Origin: Rhynchobatus australiae
Taxonomy: Eukaryota
DNA length: 64,000 nt
Direction: 5' to 3'
NCBI GenBank assembly: GCA_034780895.1
Contig: JAUZTB010000017.1
Span: forward strand, 30,956,285 to 31,020,284
The notes beneath the pieces are model-generated. The model did not search any database. It saw only the letters and a program-made list of their open reading frames with translations, and was not told where the DNA came from. Each line of letters begins with the position of its first letter. The stretch's first letter is position 1. Position numbers and translations under genes: made by a program. Below are positions 12,283-24,779 of this stretch, in pieces.

Positions 12283-14017
12283 GTAAGATGCCACAGATAA
12301 CCCTGATATGCTGGCTAATGTAAGATGTTTCTTCATGATTGTGTAGTTGGAATTGAGATATTAATGTTGGCTTGGTGTTCAGAAATTCCCATGTTGGAAT
12401 TGGTAGTGAAGCATTCACCAGGCAGACTAGTCAAAATAGAAATGTTGATGTGGGCTTGAATTGCATTTAATGAACAAGTGCTAACTGCAACAGAGTTAAC
12501 TTTTGTTTTCCATATATCTACACTTACCATAAAACACCTGTGTAAATACTGAGGTGAAGCAGGAGTACTGGTGTAGAAAGTATGCGAAAGACTTAGGAGT
12601 GACTCTGCAGGAATACTAAACCAGGAGCAATTGTTTATTATGTGCAATAATTTTTTAGGAATGTTTAATCAGTTTCACATGTAATAATAACATGTTTTGT
12701 GACTTTCCTCATGATTTATTCTTTTTTATTCAAATTTAATGAACTGTAGGTAGTATGTAAGAGGAGATTTTGATTTGTGGTAGCTGAATTTCAACATAGT
12801 TGAATTGATTACTGGTGGTGAATTAGAAGATGAAGGTAATTATTTAACAAAATTTATTGAGAATTGTAAGTCACAAATGGAGACTGATTTTGTATTATTT
12901 TTCCTTTCAACAGAAATGTTCTTTATTTGGTTTCTTTAATTGCTTTCTTCCATTTTACCAAATTAAAGAAATTATACAAAATTAGAGCAAAATGAGAAAT
13001 AATGCCCTATTCAAGGCCACCACCTCCAGTTTCCATCCCTTTCTCAGAACCAAATCCTCCCTGACCAAAATCACTAAATGACTAATCTGGATTATGCGTT
13101 CATGCGCTAGTCTGGTACTTGAATCACCTGACCTACTAATGCAGAGGTGAGGGAGTTCATATTGATCCATGTAGACACAATATAAGACCTGTTAATGCTA
13201 CTTGGATAGTCTATGACCTCAGTCACAATATAAAGTATATAAGTGTAAGCTTGCTTGGCAATGGAAACACATACCTCATGTGTAATTTAGTGCTTCATCA
13301 CATTTGGAGCACTTTGATATTATCAGTAGGTATAAAGGTTAAATGCTCTATTCACTACCATTGTTATACAATCTGAGCAGAGAAGGTTCAAGCTCAATTG
13401 TACGTAAATAAAGCAAAATTTATTAATGTTAGTTCTAGATCNNNNNNNNNNNNNNNNTAAAGGGGAATTATTTTTGCCTGAAGGAGCAAATATCTTTAAC
13501 AAATAACTTCCAGTTGCTCCGCAGGGTGCATCCCTGTGATCCAAACAGGCAACAGTGATGACAACAGCGTTAGATCCCTACTCTCTGTAGTGAGAAAATA
13601 AAGTTTTTTTTTCTCTCTGAACCAGCTCAAGTTTGTTGCTTCTTTGCTTCATTCTCAAGATCTATTGTTGATAAAGATGAGAGCAAAATGTATTATTTAA
13701 TGGTTAACAGTATAAACATATGTTGTCATGTGACTATTTCAGAAGTTTAAGATATGATTGAATGTGAATAAACATGACAGCTGTGTGATAGCTGCTTTTA
13801 TGAAAGATACAATAGAAAACCATATGTCTGTAAGGGCTGCAGGTTCTACATTACTATTTGTAAAGAAGGTAACAAGGAGAGCTAAACAAATCAGTGCAAC
13901 AATGTGTTTAAAATCATATGCATGGTTTTCATAGTCCTTAAAAGTGCATGCATGCTCAATATAATACCACTTTCCTCTTTCTTAAAAAAATTACAAAGCC
14001 AATCTACAATATTATAT

Positions 14018-14270
14018 TGTAGCGACTTACCGTTCACGAACTGGCTCCCATGATCGCGAGTGTCGTCGGAGGCCCAGATACTAGATGGCGTGGGGCACTC
14101 CTCCTTTGTTCGGCTAGGGGAGCCCGTGTGTGGGAAGGTCACGTGACCCACATGTGACATCAGCGCGGGAACTGTGATTATTAAAAGGGCAGTGCACCCC
14201 GGTCGTTCATCTGACTCTTTGACTTCAAACAAGTGTCTTGTGTCTTTATTCAGCGCAGCTAGCCGCTACA
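14018..14270 (+). mobile_element. Solo LTR of the CsRn1-clade Gypsy family, 4-bp TSD ATAT
   Basis: TGTAGCG...CGCTACA termini flanked by atat on both sides (14014-14017, 14271-14274); reverse complement of the LTRs at 16916-17170 and 18785-19029. Confidence 0.9.
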
Positions 14271-14423
14271 ATATAATCAATTAGCTATTGACATTTTACA
14301 TCATATTCTTATGTAAATACTCANNNNNNNNNNNNNNNNNNNNNNNNNNNNNNNNNNNNNNNNNNNNNNNNNNNNNNNNNNNNNNNNNNNNNNNNNNNNN
14401 NNNNNNNNNNNNNNNNNNNNNNN

Positions 14424-15110
14424 GTTTGCTCTGACCATCCTTGAATTACCTCCTCTTGGAGGCTATGTGTCATCTTGATTTTGGATCTCCAGTGTCTCCT
14501 TACTGGTACCTCATCCAACATTGGTTGCATTGTAATTCAATCTTTTAGTTCAAGCTCTGGTTTATTCTGCACAGGTCCTCAGTCACCATTTCTGTCGAGG
14601 TGCTTTTCAACATAGTTGCCCATCTTCACATATTGTTCCTGACTCCCACTATTTCTATGATCAGCCTGGGAGTCAGAGCACTCATGACCCCAGCTGAAAC
14701 CAAATCTCCTGACCTTGTAACTTCTGCCACCCATTTTGGCTCCTTTTCTTTCCCTTCACTGCCCTCTGTCTTGGAATGTGCCAAGCTTTGCTGCAACCAG
14801 GGACCTATTAGCATCTCAGCTGGGGAATATCCCATGATGGAGTAAGGGGTGGTTCCATACACTGAGCAGGTATAATACCAGCCAATGACATGTGGTCCAC
14901 TTGGGGCCCTTTTCCAGTAAATTCCACTTCACTGTTTCTGATCACTATGCAGATGGATCATTCAACCTCCCTGTTGGACTCTGGGTGATGTGGGTATGTT
15001 ACAATATCTTGGATTCTATTGAACTGGAAGAATGATAAAGTGTATCAACCTAAACTATGGCCTGAATCAGAAACCTGTTCCTCCAACTGCTCATATGTGT
15101 CACAAGCCAA
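14424..15110 (-). mobile_element. Highly degenerate Ty3/Gypsy integrase fragment (different family)
   Basis: Minus-strand VSDSGHSL (VSDNGPQF-like), PHHPESNREVE* (HPQSNGxxE-like) and YGTTPYSIMGYSPAEMLIG (YRTTPHSTTGxSPAELLMG-like). Confidence 0.65.
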
Positions 15111-15139
15111 TAATGGAGCGATCAAACCATTTCTTAGGA

Positions 15140-15490
15140 GTGGTGGAGGCCAAGAGGAGATCTGATTTATCAAAATTATGAGAGGCATAGATAGGGCAGA
15201 CAGTCAGAAACTTTGTCCCAGGGTAGAAATGTCNNNNNNNNNNNNNNNNNNNNNNNNNNNGGGGGGAAGTTTTTTTTTGCAGACTTGTAGGTGCCTGGAA
15301 CAGACTGCCAGGGATAGTGGTGGAAGCAGATATGATGATGGTATTTAAGAAGCTTTTAGATAAGCACATGAATATGCAGGGAATGGAGGTATATGGAGGC
15401 AGAAGAGGTTTAGGTTAATTTGGCTCATGTTTGGCACAAACATCATAGGTTAAAGGGGCTGTTCCTGTGCTGTACTGTTCTATGTACTAA
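15140..15490 (+). mobile_element. CR1 LINE 3' end
   Basis: aaaattatgagaggcatagatagggcagacagtcagaa...gtaggtgcctggaac...aaggggctgttcctgtgctgtactgttctatgt. Confidence 0.8.
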
Positions 15491-15859
15491 GCTTTATACA
15501 TTACCACCAACAGAATTGCCCATTAAGTATGTTGGACTTTCACCAACGCCCCACCCTTTGCTAACTTGCCTTGAGGGCATGGGGAATTAGTTTTGGATAT
15601 TGTTAAATGGGCTTGGCCTTTGGACAACTGTGAATGTGAGTCTTTCAATGATACAATTGAACAAGTTAGTAAAAACATTATTGCACAGCATCTGAGGTTT
15701 ATGCACACTTATTGGTACTGTGCCAATGTTACAGAACTTCACTGAGCCACTATGTGGTCCCTCCAGTCAGTCCTTCCCAATTAATATCCATATCACTTGG
15801 AGTTCTTGACTGTATCCTTGTACCAGATGGTGCACACAATTCACCCAGAAGTTGCAGAG

Positions 15860-16760
15860 CTTATGGCTAAGCACAGCTCCAGTGCCGTATACAAATTCGC
15901 TGATGACATCGCTATTGTTGGACCAATCACAGGTGGTGATGAGTCAGCTTACCAGAGCAAGGCAGGACACCTAGATGAGTGGTGAAACAACGACAACCTC
16001 TCACTCAATGTCTTTAAAACTAAAGAGCTGATTTGTTGACTTCAGTAAAGGGAAGGTGGGGAATCAGCAGTGGAGAGAATCAGCAGCTTTAAATTCCTGG
16101 GTGTTAACATATCAGATGACCCATCCTGGTCCCAGCACATGCAATCATGAGAAAAGAACATCCGCATCTTTACTTTCTTAGGAAGCTTGGCTTGTCACTG
16201 AACACTCTAACAAACTTCTACAGATGTACTGTTGAAAGTATCCTGACTTGTTGCATAATAGTCTGGTATGGCAATCTGAATATGCAGGAACATAAGAAGC
16301 TGCAGAGGGTAGTGGACTCAGCCCAATACATCTTGGGTACATCCCTTCCCACCATTGGTAGTATCTACAGGAGGCGTGGCCTCAAGAAGGTAACATCCAT
16401 CATCAAAGATTCTCACCGTCCAGCCCATGCCATCTTCTTGCAGCCACCATCAAGCAGAAGGTACAGAAGTACGAAGTCCCACATCACCATGTTCAAGAAC
16501 AGCTACTTCCCTGCAACCATTCAGTTCTTGAACCTACTGGCAAAACCCTAATCACTGCGGTTTAGCAACCCTATGACCACTTAGATCACTTTACACTAGA
16601 ATGGGCTTTTTTTGGTTCTAATTGTGTTCTTTTAAATTTGTTTTTCTTGTGAATGCTGCTTTTATGATGTTATGTGCCTGTGATGCTGCTGCAAGCAAAT
16701 TTTTTCATTGCACCTGTACTTACGTGTACTTGTGCATATGACAATAAAATTTGAGTACCT
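15860..16760 (+). mobile_element. Rex1/Babar LINE, 3' RT portion and tail
   Basis: YKFADDIAIVG (ORF 15797), FKFLGVNISDD, LYFLRKL..LTNFYRCTVESILT (ORF 16147), tail gtgcatatgacaataaa. Confidence 0.9.
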
Positions 16761-17229
16761 TGCAAAACAATGCTACATTTTCCCAGTGGTGTCTCGTAGA
16801 ACAACTCTTATGTGTCACAAGCCAGTGATGAAGTGGTCAAGCCACTTCTCTGGAGCGTGCAGGCTGAGAGGAGACCTGATAGAAGCTTATAAAATTAAGA
16901 GGCACAGATTGACAGTGTAGTGGCTAGCTATTGCTGACTAAAGACAGGAGACACTTGTTCGAGGTCAAAGAGTCGAATGAATGACTGGGGTGCGCTGCCC
17001 CTTTTAATACTCACAGTTCCTGTACCGATGTCACGCATGGGTCATGTGACTTTCCCACGCGCGGGCTCCCCTAGCCCAACAAAGGAGGAGGAGTGCCTCG
17101 CGTCATCTTGGATCAGGGCCTCCAACATTCGCGATCGTGGGAGCCGGTTCGATAATGGTAGGTCGTTACATAGACCCCTGCCCCCACCCCAAGAACCGGC
17201 AATGCCGTCGCGAAAGCCAGGATTAAATA

Positions 17230-18178
17230 AACTATGAATTGGATGGCCTGCCCCGGCGTCGTGCTGGCTGGACCACTACCGGTTGGTCCAGGTCTAAATG
17301 AGCCGGCTTCAGCCGGTCAATTGTAGAAACCTCCTCGTGCCCCCCAATGTCCAACACAAATGTAGACCCATTGTCGTTGACGACTCGGAATGGCCCTTTG
17401 TACGGCCACTGCAGTGGTGTTCTGTGCGCACCTCTCCTGACAAAGCAAACTTGCAGTCCCGGAGGGATGTCGGCATATGGGTCAGGGTCTGTCTGTGTCG
17501 GGAGGTGGGAATTGGGGCCAGGTTGCCAAGCCGTTCGCGCAGCCAGTTGACTGTCGCAGTAGGTTCTTCCTCAGGCCCCCGAGGGGCGGGTAGGAACTCA
17601 CCTGGGACCACCAAGGGCGTTCCGTAAACCATTTCTGCAGACGAGGCGTTCAGGTCCTCTTTTGGCGCGGTACGTATCCCCAGCAGGACCCAGGGGAGTC
17701 CGTCCTCCCAGTTGGGCCCCATAAGGCGGGCCATGAGCGCCAGTTTCAGGTGCCGATGGAACCTCTCTACCAGCCCATTGGATTGCAGATGATAGGTGGT
17801 GGTGAGGTGGATTCGGGAACCCCACAAGTCAGCGATGCCCGACCACAGGCCGGAGGTGAATTGAGCTCCCCTGTCCGAGATGATATGGGCCGGGACCCCG
17901 AAACAGGCCACCCAAGTTGACAAAAGGGCCCGTGCGCAGGACTGTGTGGAGGTGTCCACCAGTGGAATGGCTCTGGGCCGTCGGGTGAAGCGGTCGACAG
18001 TCGTGAGGAGGTACCGCGCTCCTCGGGAGACTGGGAGGGGGCCAACAAGGTCGACATGGAAATGGTCAAACCTCCGGAGGGTAGGTGGAAAATCCTGCAG
18101 AGGGGCCTTGACATGTTGCTGTACTTTGGAGGTTTGGCAGTGTGTGCAGGATCGGGCCCATCCGGAAACCTGTTTACG
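17230..18178 (-). pseudogene. Gypsy integrase coding region (DDE core, frameshift near GPY/F motif)
   Basis: Part of ORF 17309..18421 below the gap; zinc-finger Cys pair and D,D-E motifs are visible. Confidence 0.85.
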
Positions 18179-18278
18179 NNNNNNNNNNNNNNNNNNNNNN
18201 NNNNNNNNNNNNNNNNNNNNNNNNNNNNNNNNNNNNNNNNNNNNNNNNNNNNNNNNNNNNNNNNNNNNNNNNNNNNNN

Positions 18279-18747
18279 GCACGTTCGGCTACCTCCCGAG
18301 GGTCGCTGAAATCGGCATCCGCTAGGAGCAGGTGGATGTCGTGAGGTAACTGTTCCAGAAACGCCTGCTCAAACATTAGGCAGGGTTTGTGGCCATCTGC
18401 CAGGGCCAACATCTCGTTCATGAGCGTGGAGGGGGTCTGTCACCCAACCCATCGAGGTGGAGGAGGCGGGAGGCCTGTTTGCGTTGGAAAAGGCTGAAAG
18501 TCCGAAGAAGGAGGGTCTTGAACTTATCATACTTATCCTCCTCCGGGGGCGCCTGGATAAAGTCCTCGACCTGGGCTGCGGTGTCTTGGCCGAGGCGCTC
18601 ACCACGTAGTAATACTTGGTGTTGTCACTGGTGATCTGGTGAATCTGGAACTGGGCCTCGACCTGGTCGTACCAGACACAAGGCCGCAGGGTCCAAGAGG
18701 TGGGCAGTTTAAGGGTTACTGCCAGTACCTCTTATTGTGCAGACATC
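18279..18747 (-). pseudogene. Gypsy gag N-terminal region (stop and frameshifts)
   Basis: ATG TCT GCA CAA TAA stop, then LKLPTSW..W..QVEAQF; later LMNEMLALADGHKPCLMFEQAFLEQLP. Confidence 0.8.
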
Positions 18748-21069
18748 GTGGGTCCAAAAACGTTTGGGCCCGTTGGGTCACCAATGTAGCGGCTAGTTAT
18801 GCTGAATAAAGACAGGAGACGCTTGTTCGAGGTCAAAGAGTCGAATGAACGACTGGGGTGTGCTGCCCCTTTATTACTCACAGTTCCCACGCTGACATCA
18901 CGCAACCTTCCTGTGCGCGGGCCTTCCCAGCCCAACGAAGAAGAAAGAATGCCCCGTGCCATCTTGGATTGGGGCCTCCGATGACGCTCGCCATCGCGGG
19001 AGCCAGTTCGATAGTGGTAAGTCGCTACAGCTGTATCTTTTTCCCAGGGTCAAAATGCCTCTGTGCTAGAGGGCATGCATTCAAGGTGAGGGGGAAAATT
19101 TGAAGGAGATGTGCAGGGCAAGTTTATTTTTGTACAGGGAGTGGTGGGTGCCTGGAATATGCTGCCAGGGGTGGTGGTGGTGGAGGCAGATATGATGGAA
19201 GTGTTTAAGAAGCTCCGAAATAGGCACATGAATATGCAGAGAATGGAGGGCTATGGATCATAATTATGCATCATCTTAATTAGTTTAGCATAACATTGTG
19301 AGCTCAAGGGCTTGTTCTTGTGCTGTGCTGTACTGTTCGATGCTCTAATGAGTGACCATGTTCTGTTCTGTGTTCTCCTCTGGGACCTCAATGATATAAT
19401 TTGCACTTGACAACAATGCAGTGTACAGGGTAAATGGTTAAGACATACTGTACTTTTAAAGATCACCATATCCATTGCACACACTGCCTGACATCATCAC
19501 TCTCTACCTTGAGAATCCCATCTTCCATTACTTTGCACTTGATTGCTGCCATGCTGCTTCCATCCTTGTTCCCAATGTAGCATCCATGGGTTCTTCTTTT
19601 TGTTGTCAGTAAGGCTACTAACAAGGCTAGAACTTCTCAGCAAGTATTCTCTCCTGAATGCAAACACTCAATTAACAATCACTGACACAACAATGAATAA
19701 ATGTGACACCACATGCTACATGTTGTTCTTAAAGATGTGTGCTCAATATGTATAATGATCTTTTTCCTTCTCTTGCCTCTTTTTGATGTCTCCATCCAAC
19801 TCCTTTGAATCTCAGCTGCACTCTTGAAGCATGCAGTTATGTGATCCTGCTGTCATGAACACGAGATCCCTTGCCATGATCCCTTCAAGTTAGGTTATCA
19901 TTTTACAGAAAAAAATTATGGTCCAGATTTTGCTGATAAATGTTGGCAGTTCTGAGGTAGAGTCAAACACAGAAGACTCAGCATTACTGAACAGAAGAGC
20001 TAGCCATATATGAATATTCCAGTGAGTGCAGGGGTGAAGCTCAATCTCGCTGAGGTTTCCTGCACTTACACAGGGGAATCAGACCTTGCGTCTGAATCGT
20101 GTTAGATCTGACACAGGATCTATGACTCCATTGATTTCAATGGGGATTGTAGGGTTATGGATAAGGAAAAAGGGAAGATGTATCCTTTAATTATTTTTGA
20201 TTTCATAATGTTAACTTCAGGCTAAGTGAACTTCCAATATGAATGATTATGTTCTGTTGATATCATTCAAGGCATGTGCCATTTTCACTGAGCCACACAT
20301 TCCCAGACCCATCAGTGAGAAAAGGCAGCCAATGCCATTCTGATTGAGATAAACTAAAAGAAAAAGTAATAGCTCTCCCACTGCCACTAGCTGCTTTTTA
20401 CATTATCCCCATTGGCTTTGGACAAAAGTTGATGTCATGAGCTGAAGGTGAGTCCTTGAACTTGAAAGCATGCTTGCTTCGGCTTTTTCAGCTCCTATTC
20501 TTGTTCCAGGATAGAATTGTAAAGGTCATCTTGTTTTAAACATGCCAGACAACTTGTTTGTGCTGAAGAAAACCAGGAAATGAACAACAAAAGGGCCAGT
20601 GAGAAGAGAATGTAATAGCAGACAAGTCAACTGAAACCTACTGGCCGTTGACTGATCTACACACTTTCATAACTTTGGATTTCTCCATATTGTGATCATG
20701 CTCTAGTTAAATTCTTTTAAATTGCCTACTGCAGCTTCCAGTAGTGCATTGAATCATGTAGTGTAGAATCAGCCCAGTTCAGCAAATATTTTTATTCCCT
20801 ATTCATTCCACTGACTATATTTTTTTTCCTTTGAAACACGCCACCTATTCTCTTTTGGGAGGTTGCTCTTTAATCTGTTTTTACCGTACTTTCAGGCAGT
20901 GTATTCTGGGTCATAACTTGTTGACTAAAATTGTTTCAGTATTTTCCTTTTTAGGCCTTCCAAATACAGTAAGGCTCATTTATTTTGGTTTTTAAATGTT
21001 ACATATTCAGATGCATTTCACATTTATTCTGAAAAGAAATACAGTAAGCAGATTTGTGTATTTTGGATC

Positions 21070-21315
21070 CAGGGAGTACTGAACTGTCAGAATGTCTGCC
21101 CTCTCAGGTGAACATAATGCATTCCCTGGGTATATCAGAGTAGAGAAGTGGAGTATTTCCCAGCTCCCTTTCTAATATTTATTCCCCAACAAGCAAGTAA
21201 TTTGGTTGTTATCAAATTTTTGTTTGAACCATTACTTGACTATACTTAAAGTGTTTCAAACACCGTAAAAACATGTTGGGATATCCTGAAGTGTTGAAAA
21301 TTGCTTAAATGCAAT
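21070..21315 (+). mobile_element. Degenerate DeuSINE (SacSINE1/AmnSINE1-like)
   Basis: gtctgccctctcaggtgaacataa, aatatttattcccc, tgggatatcctgaagtg...aaatgcaa follow the recalled Deu-domain consensus in order. Confidence 0.55.
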
Positions 21316-21974
21316 TATTCCTTTTAATGTTTTTTCATAGTATTTCTGATTTGCTTTGATTTGAGTCTTGGTCCTGATATCTACATAACATTAAAGGCCT
21401 CCTTTATTGAAATGAAATGTAGCATTCAAACTAATTTACTGTTGTAACTTGCCTATAATTCACCATGGGCTGCACTTTTTCTGCTTTGCAAGCATTATTT
21501 TTCTCCCAAAAGAAGGCTCTAATCATGTTTGAAAGGTAGTACAAACTCTTTGTGAATTTCAACTAGTTATTGAGCCTTTTGGGCAAAGCTGTTTGCAATT
21601 GCTGTAGAGTGACTTTCTGAAACAAAAGGGCATTCAATTTTTATTGTTAATGTAAGTTGTTAGTATTAAAATATAAAAATTGGAAATCCATGCAGCTCCT
21701 GCCATTTATTAAAAAATAGACTACTTATTGTATGTTTTGCAAATAGGCTTTTGTCATTCCTTCATGTGACCTGAAACTTGACTTCATCTCAATTAAAATC
21801 CCAGTAAAAACAACGTAAACTATTAACTATCCCTGGCAGTTTTCTGTATGAGTGGGGGTATGAAACAAAGACCAGTTACGTATGTTTCAGTGACTGGTCC
21901 TTTCTTAGAATGGATGTCTGTGCAATGATGATCAATTGGGTCATGCTGTAGATGTTTTTATATTACATTCAAGA

Positions 21975-22790
21975 GATATGGATGCTGCTGCCAAGCTCAG
22001 CATTTGTAACCCTAATTGCCCCTGAAAAGCTGATAATGCCAAGCAGCCTTCCTGAGTTGCTGGACTCTATATGATGAATGTACTTCCTCAATCCTGCTCA
22101 GTTGGAGGTTAAGATTTTGCCCCACTGATGGTGAAGGCATCATTTTCAAATCAAGAATGTGTGCAAATTGAAGATGATATTGTACCCATGTGCTTGCCTT
22201 CCTAGCTGGTAAAGCTTGTGGGTTTAGAAGGAGCTGTCTTGAGAACCTTTGGCAAGCCATACCCTTGCGATCCAGAATGCAGTAGCAGCATGCTGATAGA
22301 GAGCAAGAGAGCCTTGAAGATGTTGAATTGAGAGCTAATCAAATGGTTCACTTTGCCTCGTATGAGGGTAGAGCTTTTTGAGTGTTGTTGATGCTGTACT
22401 CATCCAGATAATTGAATGTCATTCCATCAGAATTCTGACATGCCTTGAAGGAAATCAAATGTTTTGAAGTCAAGAAATGAGTCACGCACCACAGAATAAC
22501 CTGGCTCTGAGCTCTTTTAGCCATAGTATTTATTTTCCTGGTATGATTAAGGTTCTGGTCAACTGTGACCTTAAAGATATCGATTGTGGAAGATCTGATG
22601 ATGGAAATGTTGCTGAATGTAAAGATATTTAATTAGACTTTCTCTTGTTGTAAATGATCATTACCTGGCACTTATGCAGTACAAATTATTTGTTGCTTAC
22701 CAGTTCATTCCTGAATGTTGTCCAAGTCTTAGTGCATACCTACTCTGTTTGCTCCATTGTTTTGAAGTGTTCTGAATAGGAACTATTCAG
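21975..22790 (-). mobile_element. Old CR1/L2-group LINE 3' region
   Basis: ccctaattgcccctgaaaag...gcagccttcctgag...gatggtgaaggca...cttgagtgttgttgatgctgtactcatccag...gtccaagtcttagtgcat; same family as 61200-61500. Confidence 0.6.
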
Positions 22791-23959
22791 TAAATGCAAG
22801 TCCACATTTTAAAATAAACAAATTGACAAAATTATTTTGGAAGATTAAAGGACAGGATTTTCTTAAAATTCATTTCACATTTCCAGTTGATCCCTTCTCT
22901 CAATGTGTCCTATTGTGAACCCTTGTTTTGATGAGGGTGGAATTAATTGTAGTGTATGATAAAAACGAACGTTTGTTTCTCCCTTGTGGCATATGTAGGA
23001 AATGTATAGAGTTTAGGAATTCTTTTCTGCTTAAAAATATTGTGAATAAATAAAAAGTTAGATTGTCCAGAATAGAAATAATAATAAAATCCAGTGTTTA
23101 AAATGAGTTAAATTCATTCTGTTGCAGTACTTTAGTGCACAATTCAATTAAGTTAAAGCACAAAGTAGTGTCTTTCAGCGTTTTGTGACTACATTAAATC
23201 ATTCTGAAGTTCAGGGAGGTTAGCTTCAGCTGCAGTGGAAGCCATTGCAGAAGTGATTGGATCTTGCCAGAAGACACTTGGCACATTACAGCAGGAGGGC
23301 TTCTCAAATTTTGGAAGAGGAGAGGAGAATAGGTTTTGTATCCCAAAAAATTAGGAGGCTCTCTAGTTAAATGACACAGTATGTGAAAGGACTTGGCTGT
23401 GGCTGTCATTGCTGAAAGTTGAGTGTGCTGCAAGATGTATGATGACTTCATGCATAAAGATAAGTGATGGCATCTTCAAATACCAGCTCAAACCAGCTTC
23501 ACCACTTGCCTTCCATTATAAACAATGTGCTATATCAATCACTCGCCTACCTAAATCCCTATCAATCAGGACTTGGTTCTTATTCGTACTCTGTTACATC
23601 CTTGTAGATTTACCACTACTCCAGGTCTTTCACCAACATCAGCACACACTATCAGCTGTACAATTATGACAGGCCTATCATGCCAGCACATTGAAAGGTA
23701 GACCAGCACAATCTCTTCCAGGACAAGGTGCTGTTAATCTTTTGGTATCAACAACTTAGTTAATTGAATTATTTTGTCCTTCCTTCTTGGAAGGAAGAGT
23801 GTTTACCATCTGATCCAAATAGCAGATTTGTTGCTCAAAGCTATGTATTGTACCAGAATATAGGTGATAATATGGCGTTCGTCATTTTGTGAAGATCATT
23901 GACCTGAAATGTTTTTCTGATGCTGCGTATCCTCCTGCAATGTCTGTCCATAATTTGTT

Positions 23960-24240
23960 ATGTGCAAATTGTCCATGTGTGGGACACGGATACCAGGAAG
24001 TCCTTGTCGTCCAGCAACTACCATTTCTTTTGCCATAGAGCTCAAATACAGGTGGTAGAATGGTGGTGGACTGCTGCAGGAAGGAAGGAATGATGACAGC
24101 AGCCAGGATGCCTGGCAGTGACATGAAACACAGAGAATGGTCACACACCAGTTGAACATTGAGGTGGAATTCCTTGATACATCAACAAGAGGACCTATGC
24201 TACCCACAGTGGGACATGTGAAGTTAATACACCACAGGAA
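23960..24240 (-). mobile_element. PIF/Harbinger (HARBI1-like DDE_Tnp_4) transposase relic
   Basis: Minus strand reads, across frameshifts, KEFHLNVQLVCDH, RHPGCCHHSF..QQS and LLDDK, matching KGFHSLNVQLVCD / PGSxHDSFILRQS / LLGDxGY. Confidence 0.7.
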
Positions 24241-24779
24241 AAGCTGCTTTGTAAGCTTATTCCTTAATTTGCTTCCTGCTCACTGAGGGAGGATTGAGTC
24301 CTCTTGGAATGAGAGCACTTTTGATGTCCTCCTCCAAGTTTGTAATCGCTGCTACTGGTGTCATTCCCCTCTTCCACCAAAGGAGCTCTGTGTATAGATG
24401 CATAGCAGGTGGAATAATGCCTGGAGCATGAGGCATATCATATTGAAGATGTCCTTTCTGAAGCATGGATGCTCATGCATCCTCATCTGTTGAGGTTCAT
24501 AGAGAGAGAGTGCTTGCTCAAAATTGCTTCAGAGTACTTCTCTGCACTGTCTTGCCTTCCCAACCTTCACCTGTGTCCAGCTCTGAGCATCTGCTGCTCA
24601 TTTTCTATCATGCCTTATTCCAGGGAGAATGCCTACTAATGCACTCGTCATCTGGCAAACACTTTTAAAGTGAAGACAAACTCATTCAGCTGCTGGTGCA
24701 CCTCCTGTAAATTCCAGCACCAGATTCTCAAGGAGTACAATAGAAATTAAGTTGGCATCTAAGCTGCAAGTATTTAGTT

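Larger units (their letters stand above)
16916..19029 (-). mobile_element. Ty3/Gypsy LTR retrotransposon, CsRn1 clade; pro/RT/RH hidden in the N gap
   Basis: LTRs 18785-19029 (5') and 16916-17170 (3'), both TG..CA; PBS TGGTGACCC (tRNA-Trp-like) just inside the 5' LTR; G-rich PPT at 17171-17195; gag LKLPTSWTLRPCVWYDQVEAQFQI..TKYYYVV; integrase CTHCQTSK, HVDLVGPL, ISDRGAQF, NGLVERFH and a PYKGPFRVV GPY/F motif. Confidence 0.9.
16855..19345 (+). mobile_element. CR1 3' end split by the Gypsy insertion (16855-16915 and 19030-19345)
   Basis: aggctgagaggagacctgatagaagcttataaaatt...gacag | ctgtatctttttcccagggt...gtggtgggtgcctggaat...tgtgctgtactgttc is collinear across the insertion. Confidence 0.8.

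Noticed and set aside
10864-12300. 478-aa ORF as a complete single-exon novel gene
   Set aside because: It starts at TTG and runs past a strong GT donor at 12283; it is the PLCE1 first coding exon plus flanks
17309-18421. 370-aa ORF apparently fusing gag directly to integrase
   Set aside because: The fusion runs through a 100-N gap of unknown true size; protease/RT/RNase H are probably just unassembled
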